A DNA stretch of 64,000 bases, from NCBI RefSeq assembly GCF_009914755.1, contig NC_060944.1; one strand, given 5' to 3'. The translations under genes were made by a program, and so were the position numbers. Source of the DNA: the human T2T-CHM13v2.0 reference genome, Homo sapiens. The notes beneath the pieces were generated by a model. It worked only from the letters and a program-made list of their open reading frames with translations. It searched no databases and had not been told where the DNA came from. Below, piece after piece: positions 11,715 to 26,884 of the stretch (the first letter of the stretch is position 1; the number at the start of each line of letters is the position of its first letter).

Positions 11715-14700
11715 CTATCTGTGAAAATGCTTTGTGATGCGTGGGTTATCCCTCAGAGTTAAACATTTGTTTTGACTTAGCAGTTTGGAAACACTCTTTT
11801 TTAAGAATCAATGAAGGGATATTTTGAAGCCCATGGATGAGTATATTGAGAAACTAAATATCCCACCATAGAAACTAGCAAGGAATTATTAGTGAAAATG
11901 CTCTGTGATGTGTGGATTCATCTCACAGAGTTAGACTTTTGTTTTTATTCTGCAGGTTTCAAACACTTTTTTGTGGAATCTACAAAGGAACATTTCAGAG
12001 CCCACAGAGGCCTATAGTGAAAACTGAATATCTTGTGATAAAAGCTAGAAACAAGCTATCTGTGAAAATGTTTGTGATGTGTGGATTTATCTCATAGAGT
12101 TATACCTATGTTTATATACAGCAGGTTGGAAACACTCTTTTAGTAGAATTTAAAATAAGAAATTTCTGAGTCCTTGAGGCCTATTATAAAGAAATGAATA
12201 TCCCTGATAAAAACTGACAACAAATTATCTGTGAAAATGCTTTGAGATATGTGGATTCATCTCGCAAAGTTAAACCCTTGTTTTGGTTCAGAAGGTTGAA
12301 AATACTCTTTTTGTAATATCTATGAAGGGATATTTTGGAGCCCATAGAGGCCTATACTAAAAACCAAATATCCCAGGATAAAAACTAGAAACAAGGTATG
12401 TGTGAAAATGTTTTGCAATGTGTAGAATCATCTCACAGAGTTAAACCTTGTTTTGATTGGGCAGGTTGGAAACATTCTTTTTGTAGAATAAAAGAAGGGA
12501 CATTTTGGAGCTCATTGAGGCCTATAGTGAAAAACCACATATGCCATGATAAAAACTAGAACAAGCTATCTGTAAAAATCTTTTGCAATGTGTGGTTTCA
12601 TCTCACAGAGTTTAACCTTTATTTTGACTTAGCGCTTTGGAAACACTATTTTTCTAGAATCTGCAAGGGTACATTTCAAACCCAATGAGGCCTGTAGTAA
12701 AAAACTGAATATCCCACGATGAAAACTAGAAACTAGCTATCTGTGAAAATGCTTTGAGATGTGTGGATTCATCTAATGGAGTTGAATGTTAGTTTTGATT
12801 CAGCAGGTTGGAAACTTAGCAGTTTGGAAACATTCATTTTGTAGAATCAAAGAGGGGACTTTTCTTAGCCCCCTGAGGCCTATAGTGAAAAATCAAATAT
12901 CCCGTGATAAAAACTAGAAACAAGTTATCTGTAAAAATGCTTTGCAATTTGTGGATTTGTCTCACAATGTTAAACCTTTGTTTTGATTTAGTAGGTTGGA
13001 AACTCTCTTTTTGTACAATTGATGAGGAGATATTTCAAAGCCCATTGATTGAGGCTTGTAGTGAAAAACCTAAAATCCTAATAAACACTATAAAGAAGCT
13101 GTCTCTGAAAATGCTTTGAGATGTGTGATTTCAACTTATAGAGTTAAATCTTTCTTTTTATTCAGCAGGTTGGAAACATTCTTATTGTAGAATATACGAC
13201 AGGACATTTCAGAGCAAATTGAGGCCTGTAGTGAAAAACAGAATATATTGTGATAAAAGCTAGAAACAAGGTATCTGTAAAAATTCTTTGTGATGTGTAG
13301 TTTTATCATACAAAGTTAAACCCTTGTATTGCATCAGCAGGTTGGAAACTCTCTGCTTGTAGAATATATGAGAGGTCAATTTGGAGCCCATATTGGCAGG
13401 TAGTGAAAAACCAATATCCCATGATAAAAACTAGAAAAAAGCTATCTGTGAAAAAGCTTTCTGATGTCTGGATTCATCACACACAGTTAAATCTTTGTTT
13501 TGATTCAGGAGGTTGAAAACACTGTTCCTGGAAAATCTATGGAAGGCGGGTTGGAAATACTTTTTTTTAGTAGAACCTATGAAGAGACACTTTGGAGCCC
13601 ATTGAGGACTGTAGCAAAAATACAAATGTCCCATGATGAAAACTAGAAAAAGTTTTATGTGAAAATGCTTTGCAATGAGTGGATTCATATCACAAGGTTA
13701 AAGCTTTGTTTTGATTTAGCAGATTGGAAGCACTATTTATGGAGAATCTACAAAGGGACATTTTATAGCCCATTGAGGTCTCTTTTAAAAAATCGAATGT
13801 CCCACAATGAAAACTAGTTATAAGCTATCTGTGAAAATGCTTTGTGATGTACAGATGCTTCTCCCAGAGTTAAACCTTTGTTTTTATTCTGCAGGTTGCA
13901 GACAGTCTAATTCTGGAATGTGTTAAAAGACATTTCAAGGCCCATTGAGAACTACAATAAAAAACAAATATTCCTTGATAAAAACTAGAAAAATCTATCA
14001 GTGAAAATCCTTTGTGTTGTGTGGATTCAACTGAGAGTTAAAATTGTTTTGATTCAGCAGGTTGGAAAAACTCTTTTTTAGAATCTATGAAGTGACATTT
14101 CACAGCCCATAGAGGCCTATAGTTGTAAAACCAAATATTCTGCTATAAAAACAGGAAACAAGCTATCTGTCACAAAGTTAAACCTTTGTTTTATTACAGC
14201 AAGTCGAAAACAATCTTTTTGAAGAACATTCAAAGGAATATTTTGAAGCCAATTGAGGCCTGCAGTGGAAAACCAAATATCTTATCATAAAAACTTGAAA
14301 GAAGTTATCTCTGAAAATGCTTTGTGATGTGTTCATTCGTCTGACAGAGATAAACTTTTATTTTGATTCAGCAGGTTGGAAACACTCTTTTTGTAGAATC
14401 TGGGAAGGAACATTTCTGAGCCCATTGAGGCCTATAGAGAAAAATCTAATATCCTGTGATAAAATCTAGAAACAAAATATCTGTGAAAATGTTTTATGAT
14501 GTGGGAATTCATCTATCAGAGATAAAACTTTTTTTGATTCAGCAGGTTGGAAAAACTCTTTGTAGAATCTATAAAGGGATATTTCAGAACCCATTGAGGC
14601 CTACTGTGGAAAATTGAATATTCTGCAATAAAATCTAGAAACAAGCTATCTGTGTAAATGCTTTGCCATGTGTGGGTTCATCTTACAGAGTTAAACCTTT

Positions 14701-15590
14701 GTTTTTATTCAGCAGGTTGAAAACATTCTTTTAATAGAATCTACAAAGGGACGTTTCAAAGTACATTGAAGGTTATACTGAAAAACCTAATACCAGTGAT
14801 TAAAACTAGAAGCAAGCTATCTGTGAAAATGCTTTCTGATATATGGATTTGTTTCACAAACTTAAACCTTTGTTTTGATTCAGCAGGTTGGCAACACTCT
14901 TTTTGTACAACCTATGAAGGGACATTTTGGAGCTCACTGAGGCCTATAGTGAAAAAATGAATATTTCAAAATAAAAACTAGAAACAAGCAATATTTGAAA
15001 ATGGTTGGTGGTGTGTGGATTCATCTCACAGAGGTAAACCTTTATATTGATTCAGCACACTGGAAACACTCTTTTTAAAGAATCTACAAAGGAACATTTT
15101 GGAACCCATTGACAAGTATATTGAAAAAGTGAATATGCCACGATACATACTAGCAACAATCTATTAGTGAAAGTGCTTTGTGATGTGCGGATTCATCTCA
15201 CAAAGTTTAACCTTTATTATCATTCGGTAGGTTGAGAACACTCTTTATATAGCATATACAAAAAAGAAGATATTTTTGTGAACATTGAGGACTAAAGTAA
15301 AACACGAAATATTTCACAGTAAAAACTAAAAACTGTCTATCTGTGAAAATGCTTTGTGAAGTGTGGATTTATCTCACAGAGTTAAACCTTTGTTTTGATT
15401 CAACAGGATGAAAACACCTTTTTTGTAGAATCTATGAAGGGACATTTCAGAGCCTATTGTGGACTATACTGAAAAACCTAATATCCCGGCATAAAAACTA
15501 AAAAGAAGCTATCTTTGCAAATGATTTGCGATGTGTGGATTCATCTTACAGAGATAAACTTTTTGTATCAGTTAAACCTTTTTTTTTATT
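11715..15590 (+). repeat. Diverged monomeric alpha satellite, ~22-23 monomers of ~171 bp
   Basis: tatctgtgaaaatgctttgtgatgtgtggattcatctcacagagttaaacc repeats at 11716, 11887, 12057...; no CENP-B box seen. Confidence 0.95.
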
Positions 15591-18500
15591 CCCTGCAAGT
15601 TGGAGTCCTCCCACCTGACCACAGGGCCATGTTGTGGACAGCTTGTGCAATGAAGGGAATGCAAGGATGGAGTTGGAAGCACTTCCTGTGTCATCTGGCT
15701 GCACCTTTTTTTGCAGATGAAGGTGCAGGACCCCATCCACACCTCAGCAGACTGTATGCTCACCCGTATCTGACCTTATTGCTGCTCACAATCCTAGTTC
15801 TGGAATGAAATCCCAAGATGTTGGAGGAGTGCTCCTTTCATGACGTGAAGCACCTGCTTGGCTGCAAACCAAATTCGAATTGGATTTAAGCGGCCTGTGG
15901 ACAGGACTGCTAGGGTCCTGTCCTGGGTTGGCCACAGGACAATGAGGCCCGGACAGGTGTCTTCTCCTGAGAGTGGTGTGCTCCTCTTCTTTCTAGAAGA
16001 GTGGCTCCTTTTTATGAGGAGGTGATTTGTACACCTGTGAGTCTCAACCATCCCCCCCAACTCACCGTGGACTCAGGAAGCACAGAAAAACAAAGAACAT
16101 GCAGCCCCATAGGCCAAGCAGAGCCACACAGACAGGTGCACCAGAAGGTGAAGGGACTCAAAAAAAAAAAAGCGCTGCAGTGCATTAAACATATTCCTTT
16201 TAGCAGATGTCCCCCCCCCCACACACAGACACACACAAACACACATACAGCCACACACACACATGCAGACATTCAAACACTCACAACACTCCCACAGAAA
16301 CACACAGACTGACAGCTCCTGAGGCTGCACGGTTCTGCAGAAAGCCCCTTCTGAGAGAGAGCAGCCCTGGAAAACAGAGGCGGGCTGTACTTAGAAATCA
16401 CAGGGAGGGAAGTTTCAAAAAGACTCACTCCCACACCGCCTAGGCAGGCCTGACCCATCGTGGGTATCCTTTTGGATCCTTAGGGATTTTGTGGTTTATT
16501 CCTGGGGCTCCACTTGATGTGTCTTCAGGCTGGCTCGCCACTGCCCACTCCTAGGATTGTGGGAATATCCCATAGAGCCCTCAAAGTAGACAGGTGATAG
16601 TTCAATGCCGACACACAGCCACAGAGGACTCCTTCTCCACCAAGATGAAGGGACTTATCACTAGGCAATGGTGGCATTCACTGTGATGTGAGCCGCTGCT
16701 CACCACTGGTGCCTGGTGGCCTGACTGTCACATGCGCATTCACAAAGCAGGCTCAGGCACCTGGCTGTCAGGGCTGTAAGCCTGGCAAAGCTCAGGAAAA
16801 TGGTACAGCCAGAGCTGGCCTAGTTTCCAGAAAAAGGCTGCCTGCAGCAACCAACTGCTGCATGCTAATAGTCTCCAACATAGGGCCTTCATGAGCCATC
16901 TCCGTGGTAGGGTCCCACAGGAGAAGGAGGAGTTTGAAGACTGTGAGGTGGGCTCTGGAGACTGCTCTTCTGACTCCATTCCCAAAAGAGGCTGTGTGCA
17001 TGAATTCGGTCTCCTGGGGATGGGAATAAAGTCTGGTGAGTTGTTAAGAGGTCTCTGGGTGATGGAATAATATCTGAGATCCAAGAGGCAGGTGTCAGTG
17101 GAAGATGGCCAGGCCCTTGAACCCCCTGCCTTTCTTCATCCCGGGCCTCACAGGGGCTCCTGCTTCTCAGCATGGCTCTCTGGTAAAGGCAGGAACCATG
17201 ACAAAGGCAAGTCCAAGGTGGAGCACTGTTCTCACACCTAAAACAGGCCTCTCGCAGGTGCACATGAGGTTAAGAGAGTGTCTCAGAGGATGTCTGGGGC
17301 ATTTTGAAACCTGAAAATAACATCCAGGAGTGCTGTTGATGGGCACTGTGGACCCCCCATGAAAGCAAAGAAAAGTCAAGGTTCTCCTGGGAGAATGAGC
17401 AGACTTGTGCAGGAGTCCAAGCCATGTTCAAGGTTTCCTGCCAGAGAACTTAAAAGCCTCCTGCAAAGTGTAAACAATGCCAGCCACCATTATGAGACCA
17501 CTACCCACAACTTGGTGTGTGGCCAGCCTACCCAAAATACCTTTTGCTTTCTGATATACCTGGCAACCAAAATATCCACAATGAGTCAGTCCCACCCACC
17601 AACAGCCCAATGAAATACCCCATCCACAATGAGAAAGGAAGTGCAGATGACATGAAACAGAGCCTAGATTGCCAGGTAAAAGCCAGACACAGCTGCCTGT
17701 TTCTCATCCTACAGGAGTCATGCAGCTGTCCTTTAGAAGTGGGAGAACAAGTTATCTTGATGGTGGATATAATCGAAATTTATGATTCCAAAAGTATCAC
17801 AACTGCCCAGTAATTAAAATGTGACAGTGTTTATAAGAAAACACTCATGCGATGGATTCCCATGAGAATTATCCTCCATGAACTGGGAAACTTTTAGTGT
17901 GGAAGACTTTGAGCCAGACCCAGAAAAACCCCAGGTTCATGAGGAACATGGAAGTCAGACTGAGCCAGACCTAGGAAACTCTAGGCCCATAAGGAACATG
18001 GAAGTCAGGAAAATAGGTTGCCAGTGTGGAGGCCACATCCAACCCAGCATCAGTCCATCTCACTCCAATGTGGCTCTGGGAATGGAAGCTCAATTCTGGA
18101 GCTGGCCAGAAGGGCCCCATTTTGCAATCCAACTTTTCCCTGCACGATTGAGTCATCCCACCTGGGCACCAGGCCATGCTGTTGACTGTGCAATGAACGG
18201 AATGAGGGGATGCAGTTGGAAGCAACTTCTGTGTCATCTGTCTGAACCTTTTTTGCAGGTGAAGGTGCGAGATCTCATCCACACCTCAACAGACTGTATC
18301 CTCACCCCTATCTGACCTTATTGTTGCTCACACTCTGTGTCCCACAATAAAATTCTGAGACAATGGAGGAGTGCCTCCCTGATGACCTGAAGCACCTGCT
18401 CAGCTACAAACAAAAATCGAGGTAAATTCAAGAAGCCCTGTGACTGGACTGCTGGGGTCTGGCCCTGGGTTGGCCACAGAACAATAAAGCATGGGGAGTT

Positions 18501-19866
18501 GTCTGTTTTGGGGTGTGGTGTGCTTCTCTTCTTTGTAGAAATGTGGCTTTTTGGCAAGGGGAGGTGATTTTGAACCTGGCAGTTGTCAGCCATTCTTCCA
18601 ATTCACTGTGGATTCAGGAACCATGGAAAAATGAAGAACATGGAGAACTTCAGCCCAAGCAGAACCACAGAGACAGGCCACCGGAAGATGGGGTGACAAA
18701 AACAGTGCTGCAGTGTGTTAGCCACATTTCTTTCAGCAGACTCCACTTACCTCCACACACAGACACACACACACACACACACTCACATGACCGCAGCCAC
18801 ACACATATCCACAACTTGAAACACTCCCACAGAAACACACATCCCAGCAGCTTCAGAGGCTGTGTGTTTCTGCAGGAAGCTCCTCTTTGGAGAGAGCAGC
18901 CTGGGGAACACAGGCGGACTGTACCTAGATATCACGGAGAGGGGCACATTTCAAAAAGACTCACCCCCACACCCTCCAGGCAGGCCCATTCGGGCCATCT
19001 TCATGGTCAGGTCCCGCTGGAGAAGGAGGCACTTGGAGACTGTGATGTGGGGCGCTGGAAACTGTTCCTCTGATTCCATTCCCCAAAGAGGCTGTGTGCA
19101 AAAATTGGGTCCCATGGGGGAAGGGAATACAGTCTGCTGAGATGTTAAGGGGTGTCCAGGTGATGAAATCATACCAAAAACCCCAGAGGCAGATGTCAGC
19201 AGAAAATGGCAGGGCCCTTGAGCTCACTGCCTCCCTTCATCCTGGGCCTCACAGGGGCTCCTACTACTCAACATGGCTCTCTGGGAAAGGCAGGAACTAT
19301 GACAAAGGCAAGTTGAAGGTGAAGCAGAAGTCTCACACTTTGAACAGACCTCATGAGTGCAGATGCAGTTCAGAGAGTGTCTCAGTCGCCGTCTGAGGCA
19401 ATTGCAAGCCAAAAAAAGTGTGTTTAGGAGCGCTGATGAAGAGTAGTATGGACTCCTCATGAAAGCAATGGAAAATCAATTCTTGCCTTGGAGAATGAGA
19501 GGGCCTGTGCTAGCGTCCAAGCCATGTTCAAGGATTCCTGCCAGAGGACCCAAAAGCCTCCTGCAAACACCCCAATCCCCCACAGTGAGACCACTACTCA
19601 CAACCTGGAGTGCAGCCAGCCTACCCGAAGTACTTTTTACTCCCTGAAATCCCTGGCAGCCAAAAGATCTGTAGAGAGAGGCAGTCCCCCGTAGCAACAG
19701 ATCAATAAAAGATCCCCTCCACAGTGAAAAAGAACATGTAGATGACTGTAACAGAGCCTAGATGACCAGGCAAATCCTGACACCGCTGCCTGCTTCTCAT
19801 CCTATAGGAATCATGCAGCCCTCTGATAAGAGTGGGAGAACAAGAGTTTCCTTGTTGGCAGATATG
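15589..19866 (+). repeat. Older CpG-depleted SST1-related macrosatellite (resembles TTTY-type repeats), ~1.7 units of ~2.55 kb
   Basis: ttccctgca at ~15589 and ~18136; collinear homology to the SST1 unit at 16320/9890, 17360/10972 and 17630/11260. Confidence 0.7.
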
Positions 19867-22800
19867 GTGAAAATGCTTTGCTATGTGTGGATTTTCTTTT
19901 CACAGTTAAAACTTTGTTTTGATTCAGAAGGATAAAGACACTTTTTTTGTGTCCCTATGAGGGAAAATTTCAAAATCCATTGAGGCCTATAGTGGAAACA
20001 CCAAATATCCCACGATTAAAAACTACAAAGAAACTATGTCTGAAAATGCTTTCCAATGTGGGATTTTATCTCACAGAGTTAAACATTTCTTGTGATTCAG
20101 TAGGCTGGAAACTCTCCTTTTCTGGAATCTAAGAGGGGATATTACAGAGCAAATTGAGGCCTATAGTAAGAAACTGACTATCCTGTGATAAAAACTGGAA
20201 ACAAACTATCAGTGAAATGCTTTGTGATGTCTGGATTTATCTCACAAAGCTAAATCTTTGTTTTAATTCAGCAGTTTAGAAACACTTTCACTGTAGGATC
20301 TGCAAAGGGACATTTTGGAGCCCACTGATGCCTATAGAGAAAAATGGAATATCCCGTGATGAAAACTTAATGCAAGCTATCTGTCAAAAGGCTTTGCGAG
20401 GCATGGAATTATCTCACAGAGCCAACTTTTTGTTTTGATTCAGCATGTTGGAAACATGTTTTTTTGTAGAATCTAAGATGAGACATTTTGAAGCACATTG
20501 AGGCCTGGAGTTTAAAACCAAATATCCTGCGATAAAAACTAGAAACAAGCTATCTGTGAAAATGCTTTGTGATCTGTGAAATAATGTCACACAGTTAAAC
20601 CTTTGTTTTAATTCAACAATTTGGAAACACTCTTTCTGTAGAATCTACAAAGGGACATTTCGGAGCGCATGGAGGTCTATAGTGAAAAACAGAATATCTC
20701 ATGATAAAAACTAGGAGTAAGCTATGTGCGAAAATGCTTTAGGATGTGTGGGCTCATCTCAAAGAGTTATACCTTTCTGTTGATTCATCAGGTTGAAAAC
20801 AGTCTTTTTGTAGTATCTACCAATAAACTTTTCAAAGCCCATTGAGGCCTACAGTGAAAAACAGAATATCCTGCGGAAAAAAACTAGAAGTTTGCTATCT
20901 GTGAACATGCTTTGTGATGTGTCGATTCATCTTACAAATTTAAACCTTTCTTTTGATTCCATAGGTTGGAAACACTCTTTTTGTTGAATCTAAAAAGAAA
21001 AAATGTCAGAGCTCATTGGGGCCTATAGTAAAACAAACAAATAAACAAACACAAAAAACAAATATTACACGATGAAAACTAAAAACAAGCTATCAGTGAA
21101 AATGTTTTGTGATGTGTGGATTCTTCTCACAGAGTTAAACTTTTTTTATTTAGCATTTTGGAAACACTCTTTTTGTAGAATCTTTGGAGGGACATTTCGG
21201 AGCCCTTTGAGGCATACAGTGAAAAACTGAATATCCCATGATAGAAACTAGAAATAAGGTATCAGTGAAAATGGTTTGTGATGTGTTGATTCATCTCCTA
21301 GAGTTAAATCTTTGATTCAACAGGTTGAAAACACTTTTATTGTAGAATCTATGAAGAGCATTTTCAAAGACCTTTGAGGCCCATAATGAAAAATCAATTA
21401 TCCTGTGATAAAAACTAGAAAGAAGATATCTGTCCAAATGCTTTGCAATGTTTGGATTCATCTCACAGAGTTAAACCACTGTTTTAATTCAGCAATTTGG
21501 AAACACTCTTTTTGTTGAATCTACGAATGGGAATTTCTGAGACCTTTGAGGCATATTGTAAAAAAGCAAATATCCCTCACACACAAAACTAGAAAACAGC
21601 TATCTGTGAGAACGACTGGCAGTGTCTGGATTCATCTCACAGAGTTAAATATTTGTTATCATTCAGCAGGCTAGAAACACGTTTTTTGTAAATCTAAGGA
21701 AAGACATTTTGAACCCCTGAGGCCTATAGTGAGAAACAGAATATCCCGTGATAAAAACTACAAACAAGTTATCTGTGAAAATGCTTTGTGATATGTGAAA
21801 TAATGTCACATATTTAAAACTTTGTTTTAATTCAGCAGTTTGGAAACACTGTTTTTGTAGATTCTACTTAAAAACATTTCAGAGCCCATTGAGGCCTATA
21901 GTGAAAGACCAAATATCCCATGAAAGAAACTAGAAGCAAGCTATCTGTGAAAAAGATTTGCAAAGTGTGGATCCAACTCACAGAGTTAAAACTTTCTTCT
22001 GATTCGGCAGAATCAGAACACTCAGTTCAATCAGAATTGAAACACTCCTTTTCTAGAATGTACAAAGAAACATTTCAGAGCCCATTGAAACCTATAGTGA
22101 AAACCCTAATATCTCATGATAAAAAATGGAAACAACCTATCTGTAAAAATGCTTTGGGATGTGTGGATTCATCTCAAAGAATTAAACATTGTTTCCATTC
22201 AGCAGGTTGGATACACTCTCCTTGTACAATCTACACAAGGACATTTCAAAGTCCATTGAAGCCTGTAAAGAAAAACTTAATGTCCTGTGATAAAAACTAC
22301 AAAAAAGCTGTGTCTGAAAGTTATATGCGATGTGTGATTTCATCTCACAGAGTTAAATCTTTCTTGTGATTCAGCAGGTTAATGAAAAAATGATTATCCC
22401 ATGATAACATCCAGAAACAAGTTATCAGTAAAAATTCTTTGTGATGTGTGGATTCATCTCACAGAGTTAATCATTTTTTGATTAAGCAGATTGGAAACAC
22501 TCTTTGTGTAGAGTCTACAGAGGGACAGTTTGAAGCCCATTGAGGCCCATAGTGAAATACAAAATATCTCATGATAAAAGTAGAAACAAGCTGTCTTTGA
22601 AAACACTTTGCAATGTGTGGGTGCATCTCACAGATTTAAACCTTTGCATTTATTCAGCAGGTTGAAAACTCTATTTTATAGAATACATGAAGGGATATTT
22701 CACACCCATTGAGGCCTATATTAAAAAGCAGAATATTTCACAATAAAAACAATAAAAGTCTATAACTGAAAATGCTTTGTGATGTGTGGATTCATCTTCC

Positions 22801-25800
22801 AGAGTTAAATATTTGTTTTGATTCAGCAGGTTGGGAACACTCTTTATGTAGAATCTATGAAGAGCCATTTCAGAGCCCATTGAGACCTGCAGTGAAAGAC
22901 CAAATATCTTCCCCCACCCTCCCCCCTAAAAAAAACAAGAAAAAAGCTATCTGTGAAAATGCCTTGCCATTGTGGATTCATGCCACAGAGTTAAACCAGT
23001 GTTTTAAATATGCAGTTTGGAAACACTCTTTTTGCAGAATCTACAAAGAAATATTTCAAAGCCCATTGAAGCCTATAGTAAAAAACAAAATATGTGGAGA
23101 AAAAAACTACAAACAAGCTATCTGTGAAAATGCTTTCCAATGTGTGGATTCATATCATGGAGTTAAAGCTTTCTTTTGATTAAGCAGGTTGAAAGCAGTC
23201 TGTTTTTAGAATCTATGAGAAGACATTTTAGTGCCCATTGAGGCCTATGGTGAAAAACTGAAGATCCTGTGATAAAAGTGAGAAACAGGCTATCTGTGAA
23301 AATGCTTTGCAATATGTAGATTTAACTCACAGAGTTAAACCTTTGTTTTGATTTAGCTGGTTGGAAACACTCTTTTTGTGGAATCAACGAAGGGACAATA
23401 TGGAACCCCTGGAGAAGTATTTGGAAAAAGTGAGCATCCTACAATGAAAAGTAGAAAGAAGATATCTGTGAAAATGTTTTGCAATGTGTGGATCTATCTC
23501 ACAGAGTTAAACCTTTGTTTTGATTCAGCAGGCTGGAAACCCTCTTTTTGCAGATTGTACAAAAGGACATTACAAAGCTCATTGAGACCTATAGTGAAAA
23601 GTTAAATATCCCACAATGAAAACTAGAAACAAGCTATCTGTGAAAACGTCTTGTGATTTGGGGAATCATCTCTCAGAGTTAAACATATGTTATTTTTTCA
23701 GCATGTAGAAAACACTATTGTTGTAGAATATATGAAGGGACATTTCGGAGCCCATGGACAAGTACATTAAAACACTGAATATCCTGCAATAAAAACTACA
23801 AACAAGCTATCTGTGAAAATGCTTTGCGTTGTGTGGATTCCTTTCACAGAGTTAAACATTTGTTTTGATTCAGCAGGTTGGAAACACTCTTTTTGTAGAA
23901 TCTACTAAGGGCCATTTCAGAGTCCATTGAGGACTACTACAGTGAAAGACCAAATATCCCATGATAAAAACTAGAAACAAGCTATCTGTGAAAATGCTTT
24001 GCAGTGTGTGGATTCATCTCAAAGAGTTAAACATCTGTTTTAATTTGGCAGCTTTAAAATCTCTTTTTGCACAATCTACGAAGAAACATTTCAAAACTCA
24101 TTGAAACCTACAGTGAAAAACAAAATACGAGAAGATATAAACTAGAAATAAGCTATCTGTGAAAATCCTTTGGGATGTGTATATTCATATCACAGAGTTA
24201 AACCTTTGTTTTGATTAAGCAAGTTGGAAACAGTCAGTTTGTAGAATCTAGGAGAAGACATTTTGGTGCCCATTGAGGTCTATAGTGAAAAATGAAATAT
24301 CCCACAATAAAAACAAAACAAACAAACAAACAAAACCAAGCTATCTGTGAAAATATTTTGCTATGTGTGGATTCACCTCACTGAGTTAAATCTTTATTTT
24401 GATTCAGCACTTTGAAAACCCTCTTTTTGTACAATCTGTGAGAGTCATTTGGGAGCCTATTGAGGTCTATAGTGAAAAACCAAGTATCTCATGATAAAAG
24501 CTAGAAACTAGCAATCTGTGAAAGTGCTTTGCAATGTATGGATATATCTCACAGATTTAAACACTTGTTTTGATTCAGTAGGTCGGAAACACTCTTTTTG
24601 TAAAATCTACATAGGGACATTTCAGAGTACATGAAAGACATTAGTGAAAAACTGAAAATCCCATGACAAAAACTAGTAAAAAGCTATCTGTGAAAATATT
24701 TTGTGATGTGTCAATTCATATCACAGAGTTAAACCTTGTTTTAATTCAGCAGGTTGAAACACTGTTTTTGTAGAAACTAAAATGGCACATTTTAGAGAAC
24801 ATTAATGCCTAAAGTTAAAAACGTTATATCTCAAGATAAAAACTAGAAACAAGCTATATATGAGAATGCTTTGTGATGTGTGGATTCAACTCACAGGGTT
24901 AAACCTTTGTTTTTATTCAGCAGGTTGTAAATGCTCTCTTTGTAGGGTCTATGAAGAGACATTTCAGAGCCCATCAAGAAGTATATGAAAAAACTGAACA
25001 TCCTGCAATGAAAACTAGACACAAGCTATCTGTGAAAATTCCTTCCTATGTGTGGATTCCTCTCACAGTATAAAACCTTTGTTTTTATTCAGCAGGCCAA
25101 AATCACTCTTTTTGTAGAATGTACAAAGGGACATTTTGGAGCCCATTGTGCCCTGCCATGAAAAACTGAGTATCGCGTGATAAAAACTAGAAACAAGCCA
25201 ACTGTGAAAATGTGTTATGATTTGTTATTTTATGTCACAGAGTTAAACCTTTGTTTTTATTCAGCAGGTTGAAAACACTCTTTTTGTAGACTCTATGAGG
25301 GGACATTTCAGAGCCTATTGAGGTCTATAGTGAAAAATCAAATATCCCGTGATAAAAACCAGAAACCAGCTATCTGTGAAAATGCTTTGAGATGTGTAGA
25401 TTTATAGATTTATCTCACAGAATTAAAGGTTTGATTTATCAGGTTGCAACACTCTATTTGTAGAATCTACGAGGGGACATTTCAGAGACCATTGAGGACT
25501 ACACTGAAAAAATTGAATATCCCATGATAAAAATTAGAAATAAGCTATTAGTAAAAATTCTTTGCAATGTGTGGACTTATCTCACAAAGTTAAACCATTG
25601 TTTTGATTTAGCAGGTGAGAAACACTCTTTGTAGAATCTAAGAAGGCACATTTCAGAGCCCATTGAGGTCTAAAGTAAAACATCAAATATCCCACAATAA
25701 AAAATAGAAACAAGCTATACTGGAAAATGATTTGTGATGTGTAGATTCATTTCAGAGAATTAAATCTTTGCTTTGATTGAGCGGGATTGAAGCACTCTTT

Positions 25801-26884
25801 GTAGAATCTACAAAGGGACACTTTGAAGCCCATTGAGGCCTATAGTCAAAAACCAATTATCCCATGATAAAAACTAGAAACAAGCTATCAGTGAAAATGC
25901 TTTGTGATGTGTAGATTTCTCACACAGAGTTATACCTTTGTCTTGATTCAGTCAGTTGGATACACTCTTTTCATAGAATCTATGAAGGGACATTTCAGAG
26001 CCGATAGAGGAATATATTGAAAAACTGAATATCTCACGACAAAAAGTAAAAACAAGCTACTTGTGAAAATGCTTTGTGATGTGTTGATTCATCTCATAGT
26101 GTTAAGCCTTTATTTTTATACAGCATTTTGGAAACACTCTTTTAGTAGAATCTAAGCGGGGACAATTCTGAGCCCATTGAGGTCTATTGTAAAATATCTA
26201 ATATTCCGTGATCAAAACTAGAAACAAGCTATCTGTGAAAATGCTTGCAATGTGTGGATTCACCTCAAAGAGTTAAAGTTTTGTTTTGGTTCAGCAGGTT
26301 AGAAACATTCTTTTTGTGGAATCTACAAAGGGCATTTCTGAGCCCACTGAAGACTACAGTGAAAAGCCGAATATTCCATGATAAAAACTAGAAAAAAAAA
26401 ACTGTGAAAATGTTTTGCGATATTTGAATTTATCTCACAACATTAAATATTTGTTTTGATTCAACTGTTTGGAAACTCCTTTTTTTTTTTTGTACAATCT
26501 ATGAGGATGTATTTCAAAGCCCATTGAGGCTTATAGTGAAAAACCGAATATTCTGAGATAAAAACTATATGAAGCTGTCTCTGAAAATGATTTACGATGG
26601 GTGATTTCATCTCACAGAATTAAACCATTCTTTTGATTCAGCAGGATGGAAATACTCTTTTGGTAAAATCTTCAATAGGATATTTCAGAGCAAATTGATG
26701 CCTACAGTGAAAAACCGAATATCCAGCAATAATGTGCAGGATTCATCTTACAAAGTTAAACCTTTATTTTGCTTCAGATGCTTGAAAACTCACTGTTTGT
26801 AGAATCTATGAGGGTACAATTTGAAGCCAATATCAGCCTGTAGTGAAAAACCAATATCCCACAATAAAAGTAAACAAAGCTATT

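Larger units (their letters stand above)
7407..11715 (+). repeat. SST1/NBL2 (FAM27-type) macrosatellite, ~1.75 tandem units of ~2.45 kb
   Basis: cctttaaata at 7881 and 10337 (period 2456); attgaaa.acacac at ~7408 and ~9862; NotI site GCGGCCGC at 7907-7914; internal (CA)n and (CCCAGC)n tracts; family name from recognition. Confidence 0.8.
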
